From Candidatus Aenigmatarchaeota archaeon (GTDB lineage Archaea; Aenigmatarchaeota; Aenigmatarchaeia; CG10238-14; WAMV01): DNA of 23,276 nt. The position numbers were made by a program, and so were the translations under genes. Under the pieces are notes generated by a model, which saw only the letters and a program-made list of their open reading frames with translations, made no database searches and was not told where the DNA came from. This document shows, piece after piece, positions 10,188 through 17,900 of this stretch (positions are counted from its first letter, which is position 1; each line of letters opens with the position of its first letter). The stretch is from the NCBI GenBank assembly GCA_015522145.1, contig WAMV01000010.1, positions 1-23,276 on the forward strand. The letters are read 5' to 3'.

Positions 10188-12096
10188 TGTAATTATAAGT
10201 TCTCTTTAGCTCATTTATTGCAATCTGTTTTTTGATTTCAGCTTTTGGATTATTTAGGCAATAATTACAGCCTCTTCTTTCTTCTTCCCTCCATAGAGCA
10301 TTAATAATTTCTATTGGATGTTTTAGTGCTCTTTTGAAATTGTTATAAACTTCTCTTATCATTTCTCTTGTCGACTCTTTGACTTCTTCAGTTACTATTC
10401 CATACCTTTTTCTTGTTACTACTGGTATTTCTGGGTTGGAGGTTATGGCTTGATACAAAATAATATGCATATCAGACATCTGCAAGTTTTCAAAGCTTTT
10501 CTTTCTTCTTAAGTTTTGAGTTACAATTGAGCCGTACACATATTCTTGCATCAAATGTACTTTCTTATAAGCCTCTGGCAAAGCTATTGTTGATTTCAAA
10601 TCCATAATAACCACTTTATTTTTTTCTCTGGCAAGACTATCTATCCTGCCTGTAATTGGTATGTCATCAAAATAGCCCTTTATGGGAACTTCTGTATAGC
10701 TATTTCTAGGGATTATGGTTTTCCCGTCAAAAAGTATAGTTAGTAATTCATGAGCAAGAAGTCTGTTTGTTTCATTTTCTAACACTAGTTTATGAAGCAT
10801 AGAACCTTTTTGAATTGTTAACCATTCATCTTCTGTAAAGAATTCTCTATCTTCTATCCTTAGCTGAGAGTACAATCTTTGAAGAGGACAGGGAGCTACT
10901 AGCGTAGATGGGTGTATTGCTAAAATTTCATGAATAGGATCTTTCCATTGAAAATCTAAATTAAATTTTTTAACGGGAAATGGTATTAACTCTCCGCTCC
11001 TTTCCCATTCTTCTAGAATTAAAGCCTCTATAGGCATGTAAGCGGTTCTTATTTTAATAAATTCTTCGTTTGAATTCTCAGGGAAATATTTGTCATAATA
11101 ATATCTCCACATAAACTTGTCATCTTGTATTTCAGGATATAGCAATCCACCAAATTTATTAAAGTCTATAATTGGCGTACCATCTTCTTCATGTAGCATG
11201 CTATAGTAATTTCCTTCTTCCACGAAATTTGGTGGATACACATATTCTATCCCTTTAGCAAAATATTTAGAAATTTTATCAATGTTGTAAATTGACTTGC
11301 CATGAACGTAATTTAAGAAAGCAATCAACTTTTGGGGAGGCATTCTTTGCATTTCATTCCAGTTTTTGCCTATGTAAAATTTTAGGTTTGGTTTATTTCG
11401 GAAATTTTTCTGTAGTTCTACTAGATAATTTTTGCTTAAATATCCGCTTTTCGAATCCATTGTGTAGATGTCAACTTGTTTGAACAATTTGCTCAAAGTT
11501 TCAAAGAACCATGATAAATAACTAAATACCATTTGCTTATTTTCTCTTAACCACATTCTCTCTTCTCTTTCATTAAACTCCCTCCCATATTTTTGTTCAA
11601 ATTCTTCTTTTGGTATGCCCAAAATTTTTTCGTAATTTTCAGCTTTCTTTTCAAGCTTTTCAAGAACTTTTTTAGCTGGCGAAGTGGATATAACAGAACC
11701 AACCATTTTATAATTCTTTGAGTAGTTTAGACTTTCACAGTGACCGTTATATATGTACCAGACGTCAAAACCATTATGAGGAGAAGGAACTTGAACAACA
11801 AGAATATGTTTATTAGTTTTTTTAGAGTAATCCTTTAAAATTTCCCTTAAAGGATTTCTAGGCGCGTTAAGATTAACAGAAACATATCTAGTTCTTTTAT
11901 TATAAGGTGAAGACGAAAGCCATCCCCACTGTTTGTAAGGTATGACTAAGACTAAAACATTGGTTACATCCAATTCATATAACCTTTTTCTTAATCTTAA
12001 GAACGATTCTGGGCCATTTTTTGATATCTCGTTAAAGAAAGGTTCTTGCTTTACGTAAATTCTTCTTGGATGGCTAAAGTAGCTTAAAGCATTCAT
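10165..12096 (-). CDS. Cas4-like PD-(D/E)xK nuclease fused to a ~390-aa N-terminal region (possibly a degenerate PolB exonuclease domain)
   Basis: The C-terminal third has PCP...KGSMLH...E...GRIDSL...IMDLKS...QEYVY...CNYC, i.e. RecB/Cas4-type motifs with three Cys. The N-terminal assignment is weak. Confidence 0.75.
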   Translation of the reverse strand: MNALSYFSHPRRIYVKQEPFFNEISKNGPESFLRLRKRLYELDVTNVLVLVIPYKQWGWLSSSPYNKRTRYVSVNLNAPRNPLREILKDYSKKTNKHILVVQVPSPHNGFDVWYIYNGHCESLNYSKNYKMVGSVISTSPAKKVLEKLEKKAENYEKILGIPKEEFEQKYGREFNEREERMWLRENKQMVFSYLSWFFETLSKLFKQVDIYTMDSKSGYLSKNYLVELQKNFRNKPNLKFYIGKNWNEMQRMPPQKLIAFLNYVHGKSIYNIDKISKYFAKGIEYVYPPNFVEEGNYYSMLHEEDGTPIIDFNKFGGLLYPEIQDDKFMWRYYYDKYFPENSNEEFIKIRTAYMPIEALILEEWERSGELIPFPVKKFNLDFQWKDPIHEILAIHPSTLVAPCPLQRLYSQLRIEDREFFTEDEWLTIQKGSMLHKLVLENETNRLLAHELLTILFDGKTIIPRNSYTEVPIKGYFDDIPITGRIDSLAREKNKVVIMDLKSTIALPEAYKKVHLMQEYVYGSIVTQNLRRKKSFENLQMSDMHIILYQAITSNPEIPVVTRKRYGIVTEEVKESTREMIREVYNNFKRALKHPIEIINALWREEERRGCNYCLNNPKAEIKKQIAINELKRTYNYIKQNFPA

Positions 12097-12148
12097 ATTT
12101 GAAGAAGTAGCACTTAATTATTTAACTCTAACTTCTATCAATCAAATT

Positions 12149-13915
12149 ATGACAAAAATCTTAACAAACATTCTGAACCGCCCCACAACTCTTACTTTAG
12201 TATACAGAAATTCTAAAAATGAAATTGAAAAAGAAGAAGTAAATAAGCTTAAGACTGGGCATAAATATTTCTCAGGTTTAGAAGCAACTATAGTAGCAAA
12301 CTTAATTGGACCTTATATAGGCAGGTTAAAACCTAATTATGTTTTATATAATTCTATTGTATTTGATATAGAATCTATAGAAAGAGAGCCTGGTTTGTGG
12401 CAAGTTGTTATGTTAGGAACTTATGATGGGGAAAGTCATAACACAGTTTATTCTCCTGATGAAGAAGAATTGGCTAAAATGATTTTGGATATTTGGCCTT
12501 ACGAAAAAATTTTTGCTGTTGGCTATAACATTTCATCTTATGACTTTGCAATGATAGATAAAACAATCAAAAAAATTGTTAAATCAAATTCTATAATAAA
12601 ATCTAGAATCCCCAAATTCTTCTCTAGGGAATATGGAGAAGAAATCTATGGACAAGCATCTATAGATTTGATGAATTTATCTTTGTTATCTTCCTTACCT
12701 TCTCATAGTTTGGAAATTGTACTAGAATCTCTAAAAATACCAATAAAAAAATATGATCAAAGAAAATTTCTTGAAATGCTCTACAATCAAAATTGGGATT
12801 TAATCATAGAACACAACAGAAATGATAACTATGGAACTTACAAGTATCTCGAGGCAACAAACTCTTTGATAGAATTTATCCTTAGAAATTCTTTAGGAAA
12901 CGTGTCTTACGCTTTAAGCAGACATAAAATAGCTAAAAATATGCTAATGTATTCTTTATCAAGCTATATAGATAATCCTCTAAAAAGAGTCGAAGTGGTT
13001 TATGATGCTCTTAAGAAACATAACTTGCTAAATAGCTTTAATAAGCAGGATTTAAAATACACAAAAAAAGGAAAAGAAGGAACGTATAAAGAATCTTACA
13101 TTTTGTTTAAACATTTACAATTTGCAAATTACATTATTTATGCTGATAGTTTTAAAAAATGGGCATTTTATTATTTAGTAAAAAAGCTGAACAACTTTGC
13201 TGCTGAAACAGCAAGAAAAGCCCGTTATAATCCAAAATATTTTCATATTCTATCTATTTTAAATTCTATAGTTGCACAAATAACAAAACCACTTTATCTA
13301 AAGTATGGTTTCTGGCGCAATTTTTACAATGCAAATTTTTCAAGCAAAGCTAGGGAAAATGCTATATACGATGATTTCTACATAGCAGTTTTTCCAAAAA
13401 TAGTTTTTCACAAATATTCTTTACCTTTAGACAATTTTGTATGTGGAAAAACACCAACAGGTAATGTTTATTATGAAGCAAACTATAAAGGAATAGTTTT
13501 GGCTTCTAAAACCTCTTTACCTCAAAAAGTTTTATTACCAGATTATTATTCCAAAAACCTTAATAAAGCAAGAATAGATAGAGCGAGAGGAACAACAACT
13601 TATAAAAAACCACAGATAAGGAAAGATAAGTATGAATTGTCAATAAGAGTAAGTTATAAAAACCCGATTAATTACACCAATCCAAATTCATATCAAGCTA
13701 TAATGGCTAAACAAATAGAGGAAGAGGCTAAAAAATATGGTTTAAAACTTAAGGAAAACGAACCTTTGATTATATGGTTAGGTAAAAATGGAAAACCAAT
13801 TTTATATTATAATGAAGATGAAATAGATATTGGAGTTTATAGAGACAATGTTTTGAAAGCTTACGAACACTACAATTTCTACAGGAAAAATACCTTAGAT
13901 AATTTTTTAAGCTAA
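12149..13915 (+). CDS. Family B DNA polymerase-derived protein: intact 3'-5' exonuclease, degenerate polymerase domain, C-terminal PIP-like box
   Basis: ExoI VFDIES, ExoII GYNISSYDF and ExoIII EHNRND are present. Polymerase motif A/B/C positions are recognisable only in degraded form. Thumb-like C-terminus ends KNTLDNFLS. Confidence 0.75.
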   Translation: MTKILTNILNRPTTLTLVYRNSKNEIEKEEVNKLKTGHKYFSGLEATIVANLIGPYIGRLKPNYVLYNSIVFDIESIEREPGLWQVVMLGTYDGESHNTVYSPDEEELAKMILDIWPYEKIFAVGYNISSYDFAMIDKTIKKIVKSNSIIKSRIPKFFSREYGEEIYGQASIDLMNLSLLSSLPSHSLEIVLESLKIPIKKYDQRKFLEMLYNQNWDLIIEHNRNDNYGTYKYLEATNSLIEFILRNSLGNVSYALSRHKIAKNMLMYSLSSYIDNPLKRVEVVYDALKKHNLLNSFNKQDLKYTKKGKEGTYKESYILFKHLQFANYIIYADSFKKWAFYYLVKKLNNFAAETARKARYNPKYFHILSILNSIVAQITKPLYLKYGFWRNFYNANFSSKARENAIYDDFYIAVFPKIVFHKYSLPLDNFVCGKTPTGNVYYEANYKGIVLASKTSLPQKVLLPDYYSKNLNKARIDRARGTTTYKKPQIRKDKYELSIRVSYKNPINYTNPNSYQAIMAKQIEEEAKKYGLKLKENEPLIIWLGKNGKPILYYNEDEIDIGVYRDNVLKAYEHYNFYRKNTLDNFLS

Positions 13916-13937
13916 TTTTAACAACATCCAAATTGTT

Positions 13938-14567
13938 ATGAGAGTAGCTAGCAATAATATAGAGGTTGTATTTGGAAAAGGAATAGGCCACGTAATAGAA
14001 GATTTGCTAATGCATGCCAGCAAAAGAATTTGGATAATGAGCCCCTGGATATCTGAAAAGTATGCAGATTTTTTGATAAGTAAGAAGAATAAAGGGTTGG
14101 AGGTTAAAGTTTTTACTAGTGATAATTTTCGCATAGAGAGTCATAAGCGAGCTGTTAAAAAACTTTTTAATGTAAGGTATGAGTGGAATAAAATTACTAT
14201 TTTTGTTTTAATTGCTTATCTTTCTATTTTAATTGTGCTCAGCTTTCTGATAACCCCAGCGTTCTTAGTCTTTTCCATCTTAGCCGCCCCAGCAAAAAAA
14301 TGGTTAAAGAAGACAAACGTAGAGAAGATTATAGATGTGGAGATTTTTGATAACATAGCTAGCCTAACTCATGCCAAAATTTATGTTATAGATGACAAAG
14401 TTGTTATAGCTTCGGCAAACCTAACAGAATCTGGTTTTTATAAGAACTTAGAAGCAGCCACGATAATCAGAGATGAGGAAGTAGTTAAAAACATAGAGAA
14501 TTACTTATCAAACTTAGTTCATAATCCAAGCATAAGGAAAGTTGAACTAAGTAAGTTAAGCCTTTAA
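13938..14567 (+). CDS. Phospholipase D-superfamily protein with a single HKD motif and an internal transmembrane hairpin
   Basis: IMSPWIS, HAKIYVIDD and SANLT...N-x-E motifs; hydrophobic stretch ITIFVLIAYLSILIVLSFLITPAFLVFSILAA. Confidence 0.85.
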   Translation: MRVASNNIEVVFGKGIGHVIEDLLMHASKRIWIMSPWISEKYADFLISKKNKGLEVKVFTSDNFRIESHKRAVKKLFNVRYEWNKITIFVLIAYLSILIVLSFLITPAFLVFSILAAPAKKWLKKTNVEKIIDVEIFDNIASLTHAKIYVIDDKVVIASANLTESGFYKNLEAATIIRDEEVVKNIENYLSNLVHNPSIRKVELSKLSL

Positions 14568-14592
14568 TTTGTTCTTTTACAAAAATAAATTA

Positions 14593-15528
14593 ATGGTCTG
14601 GATGGAAACCTTTTTGTTTATTTTCTTTGCGTACACACTTTTAAAGTCCAGCCAGTATGTTCTAAAAGAAATTAGAAACATAAACAAAATAATCGGAATG
14701 GAAGAATTTTTCCTTGGGTTTATAATGCTTGCTTTAGTTTCGAATTTGCCAGATTTAAGCATAGGGATGTATTCAATATTTACAAAACACAGTGAAATAG
14801 GGGTTAGCGATGTTCTTGGTTCAGTAGTTACAGACATTTTGCTAGCTACAGGTCTTGTTTTTATTTTTGCTAACATCAAAAAGCTCGGTAAAGAAGTCAA
14901 AACCCTTACGAAAATGCTTTTCGCAACAGCTTTGCTGCCCGTGCTTTTTTTGTTAAGCATGCCTAACATCTTGCTAAGCCTTATACTCTTCTTAACATTT
15001 TTGTATTTTAACAAGTCTGCGTTAAAAGTTTACAAAATGAAAAAACAAAAAGGTAGAAATAGACTAAAAATCACAGGAAAGTTTGCTAAAAGTTTATTCA
15101 TCTTAGGTATATCAACCTTCCTTACAATAATCTCATCTAAGCTTGTTGTAGAATACGCTTTACAGATAATCAATTTTATCAATGTTAGCGATGTTTTTAT
15201 GGGAGGGGTAGCTATAGCTTTATCAACAAGCTTGCCAGAGATAAGTATAGCTCTACATTCCATCAAAAGACCTAAAACGGCTTTAGGCACGGTTACAGGA
15301 GCATCTCTAGTTAATTTAACTTTGGTCTTGTCTATATTACTTTTATTTACTCCTTTAGATTTAGGAGCAGAAATTGCACCTCTTATAGTTTTTTGTATAT
15401 TTTCAGCTGGGATAGTTTATTTTTTGATAGAATTGGGATTTATGGGTAGAGCGCAAGGAATATTACTTTTAATTTTATATTTGGTGTATGTTTACTTTAT
15501 TTTTAGTGGGAATGCGCCGGTGGTCTAG
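14593..15528 (+). CDS. Cation/Ca2+ exchanger (CaCA, Na+/Ca2+ antiporter family)
   Basis: About 10 TM helices with two alpha repeats, SNLPD and STSLPE. Start at the ATG at 14593 or 14602. The 3' end overlaps tRNA-Gly. Confidence 0.85.
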   Translation: MVWMETFLFIFFAYTLLKSSQYVLKEIRNINKIIGMEEFFLGFIMLALVSNLPDLSIGMYSIFTKHSEIGVSDVLGSVVTDILLATGLVFIFANIKKLGKEVKTLTKMLFATALLPVLFLLSMPNILLSLILFLTFLYFNKSALKVYKMKKQKGRNRLKITGKFAKSLFILGISTFLTIISSKLVVEYALQIINFINVSDVFMGGVAIALSTSLPEISIALHSIKRPKTALGTVTGASLVNLTLVLSILLLFTPLDLGAEIAPLIVFCIFSAGIVYFLIELGFMGRAQGILLLILYLVYVYFIFSGNAPVV

Positions 15529-15639
15529 CCTGGTAGGACATCGGCCTTCCAATGCTGACAGCCGCTAACTGATTAATGAGGAATAAAAAGCCCTCTAAGA
15601 AGAGAGCCGAGGGCCCGGGTTCAAATCCCGGCCGGCGCA
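15514..15639 (+). tRNA. tRNA-Gly(TCC) with a 53-nt intron at 37/38 (15552-15604)
   Basis: Acceptor GCGCCGG/CCGGCGC+A; anticodon stem TCGGC/GCCGA; loop CT-TCC-A|A; T arm CCGGG-TTCAAAT-CCCGG. Intron GAAG pairs with CTTC (positions 32-35) as the central helix of the splice motif. Confidence 0.92.
15552..15604 (+). ncRNA. Putative intron-encoded box C/D sRNA (tRNA-Gly intron)
   Basis: ATGCTGA - 10 nt - CTGA - tta - ATGAGGA - 12 nt - CTAA, matching C/D'/C'/D order and spacing; the terminal boxes are degenerate. Confidence 0.55.
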
Positions 15640-15697
15640 TTATATTTTCTAAATTCTAAAAATGAAACTTGCCAAAAAAGATTTTTGTGTGTAAAAA

Positions 15698-15770
15698 AGC
15701 CCCGGGCGGGATTCGAACCCGCGACCTCTTGCTTACCAAGCAAGCGCTCTGCCAGCTGAGCTACCGGGGC
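15698..15770 (-). tRNA. tRNA-Thr(GGT)
   Basis: GCCCCGG...CTTGC-TT-GGT-AA-GCAAG...GGTTCGAATCC...CCGGGGC+T; complete cloverleaf. Confidence 0.96.
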
Positions 15771-15804
15771 ACTTAATAATTTTTCATTCTTATAATTTTT
15801 AACT

Positions 15805-16305
15805 ATGAAGGTCTTTATTTCGGGCATGCCTTCTGTCGGAAAAACCACATTAGTAAAAAAATTGATAACCTCCTTCCCAAATAAAAAAATCGTTGGTATA
15901 ATAACGGAACAAATTCTAGAGCAAGGGCGTAGGGTGGGGTTTGTTGTATTAGGGATTTCCTCTAATAAAAAATCAATACTTGCTCACAAAAAGAAAAAAA
16001 GTAGCATTAGATTTGGATCTTATTGGCTTCATTTAAGAAATCTTGATTTTATAGTATCACATGAGTTAAAAAATCTAACTAATAGTGAGTTAATCCTTAT
16101 AGATGAAATTGGTAAGATGGAGATGCAATCTCATACTTTCAAATTTTTTCTTGAAAAGGCTTTGAGTTCAGGGAAACCTTTAGTAGCAACTGTGCATAGG
16201 GATTATTTTAATCTGTATAAAAAATTGGGTAAAGCTTACTGGCTTACTAGAGAAAATTTTGAAAAGGTTTATGAGGAAATTTCTAAGCTTTTCTCATCTT
16301 TTTGA
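15805..16305 (+). CDS. Nucleoside triphosphatase (THEP1/HCR-NTPase family)
   Basis: Walker A GMPSVGKT, GRRVGF, and the Walker B signature ILIDEIGKME. Confidence 0.9.
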   Translation: MKVFISGMPSVGKTTLVKKLITSFPNKKIVGIITEQILEQGRRVGFVVLGISSNKKSILAHKKKKSSIRFGSYWLHLRNLDFIVSHELKNLTNSELILIDEIGKMEMQSHTFKFFLEKALSSGKPLVATVHRDYFNLYKKLGKAYWLTRENFEKVYEEISKLFSSF

Positions 16306-16942
16306 GCCATTTTTTTGCATCATCTTTCATGGCCAAACCAAAAGATATACCTAAAGTTAGGGAAAATGTCAAAACCAAACCAATCATAAATATCTCAAAC
16401 GTTCTAACGAATATTGTTGTGTCTATTCCCACGTTTTGGAGTGCTGCAACAAAGAATATGTATAAACCAATCCCTTTAATGAAAGAAGCTAAAGCTCTCC
16501 TATATGGAATCTTAGCTCTTAGTGTTTGCTGCTTAACCCACTCACTAATCAGCGCACCAAAGATAATGATAAAAATAAAAGCAAAAAGTTTTGGTGTGTA
16601 AATCACTAATATATCTAGAAGACCAGAGAACATCTGAACGTTGAGCATTGTTATTGCTTGAATTATAAAAGCAAAATAAACATACCATTTAACCACACCA
16701 CTTAAAATAGAGGCTAGGCTAAAACCGAAGAAAGCGTCTTGTAGCTTTTTTCTCTTTAACCACAAATCCAAATTAAAAAAATTCTTTAATACAATTTCAA
16801 TAAGTTTGCTTATAGCCTTTCCTAGAATGTAACCAACAACCAATACTATGAAAGCGTTAGCTAAGTTAGGCATCAAATCTATAAAGCTTAAGAACAATCC
16901 TTGTGTCGTTTCTTGTAATACTTGGAATAGTGACTGAGCCAT
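16283..16942 (-). CDS. Membrane protein with MscS-associated TM-helix repeats (CmpX-like)
   Basis: Repeated P-N/K-L...hydrophobic...G-x-x-x-x-K/E TM units and the C-terminal GISFGLAMKD; no cytoplasmic MscS beta domain. Confidence 0.75.
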   Translation of the reverse strand: MAQSLFQVLQETTQGLFLSFIDLMPNLANAFIVLVVGYILGKAISKLIEIVLKNFFNLDLWLKRKKLQDAFFGFSLASILSGVVKWYVYFAFIIQAITMLNVQMFSGLLDILVIYTPKLFAFIFIIIFGALISEWVKQQTLRAKIPYRRALASFIKGIGLYIFFVAALQNVGIDTTIFVRTFEIFMIGLVLTFSLTLGISFGLAMKDDAKKWLKKMRKA

Positions 16943-16977
16943 AATAAAATTAAGTTATTGAAGTTTTATTAACATTT

Positions 16978-17691
16978 TTAAAACAACAAATTGTTTAGCT
17001 CCCACAGACTATTTATTACGTTTATTTGAATATCATCTATGTTTGAGAATCTATCATTTCTATCTATAAGTAAAGCATTAATTCCATTTTGCAAAGCTGG
17101 TAGTATATCGTGTTTCAAATCATCGCCTATATAGCATATGTTTTCTTTTGGTTTATCTACAAATTTTGTTATTCTAGACCAAATTTCAGGATTTCTTTTT
17201 CCATTTATCTTATCAATATCAGAAGATGATAGATAAAAATCTACAAATTTATCAATACTCAATCTTCTAAGAGTTCTAACAATACTTACTAATGTCCTTT
17301 CTGATAGAATGCCAATAGTATATCCATTTTCTTTTAATTTTGTCAAAATATCTACTACATCCTCATACATTTCAGATGCTTCGATTTCTATAGTTGTTTG
17401 TATTTTTTCTGCAAATTCTTTTATGTCCTCAATCGAACCATCCCTTTTTATACAATAACACCAGAGGTATAGATAAGTGCTTCTTTTAGAAGGATTTAAA
17501 ATATGGCCCAATTTTTTCTTCCATTCAGGATAAACCTCTTCGTAAATCTCTAAAGGGTCTCTAGAGAAGTATGGAAAAGTAAGCTTTCTGTATAATTCTA
17601 TTGCCTTTTCTGGCACCACATAAAGTAATGTTCCATCCAGATCAAAAATTATAGCCTCTATCTTATCTGGTTTCAAAACATTACCTACCAT
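16978..17691 (-). CDS. HAD-superfamily hydrolase
   Basis: Motif I FDLDGTL, motif II ILS, a Lys of motif III, and motif IV IGDDLKHD. Confidence 0.9.
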   Translation of the reverse strand: MVGNVLKPDKIEAIIFDLDGTLLYVVPEKAIELYRKLTFPYFSRDPLEIYEEVYPEWKKKLGHILNPSKRSTYLYLWCYCIKRDGSIEDIKEFAEKIQTTIEIEASEMYEDVVDILTKLKENGYTIGILSERTLVSIVRTLRRLSIDKFVDFYLSSSDIDKINGKRNPEIWSRITKFVDKPKENICYIGDDLKHDILPALQNGINALLIDRNDRFSNIDDIQINVINSLWELNNLLF

Positions 17692-17768
17692 GATTTCAAA
17701 ATTTAGTTTTGATCAGAAATTTTAAAAATATTGTTTTTGTCGAAATAGAGTAGAATTGGAAAATAAAA

Positions 17769-17885
17769 TGCCCCCAGCGGGATTTGAACCCGCGTTTCCG
17801 GCTTTCTTCTTATCATCCGAATGTCAAACCTTTCGCTATGATAAGCGAAAGGCCGGCGTCCTTGGCCGGGCTAGACGATGGGGGC
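17769..17885 (-). tRNA. tRNA-Glu(TTC) with a 42-nt intron at 37/38 (17804-17845)
   Basis: Acceptor GCCCCCA/TGGGGGC+A; anticodon stem CCGGC/GCCGG; loop CT-TTC-G|A. Canonical bulge-helix-bulge: CTTT/GAAG, two 3-nt bulges and TTATCAT/ATGATAA. Confidence 0.95.
17804..17845 (-). ncRNA. Putative minimal intron-encoded box C/D guide for U34 of its own pre-tRNA-Glu
   Basis: Guide AGCGAAAGGT, then D-like TTGA, 7 nt, then C-like ATGATAA. The guide is complementary to GCCTTTCGCT, and the +5 rule lands on U34. Confidence 0.7.
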
Positions 17886-17900
17886 TTTAATTAATTTCAA

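Noticed and set aside
10165..13915. Casposon or CRISPR adaptation module (polB + cas4)
   Set aside because: No cas1/cas2, repeat-spacer array or terminal inverted repeats are visible, and the PolB lacks polymerase catalytic motifs.
10162..13915. AAGCTAA direct repeat at both ends of the PolB/Cas4 pair as a target-site duplication
   Set aside because: It is only 7 bp and recurs elsewhere in this window, so it is expected by chance.
15514..15639. Reading the intron-containing tRNA as tRNA-Trp(CCA), the classic C/D intron host
   Set aside because: The TCGGC/GCCGA stem sets the loop as CT-TCC-A, and the GCG acceptor start and 4-nt variable loop fit Gly.
15621..15848. 75-aa minus-strand ORF
   Set aside because: It is a translation of tRNA-Thr plus the antisense of the NTPase start.
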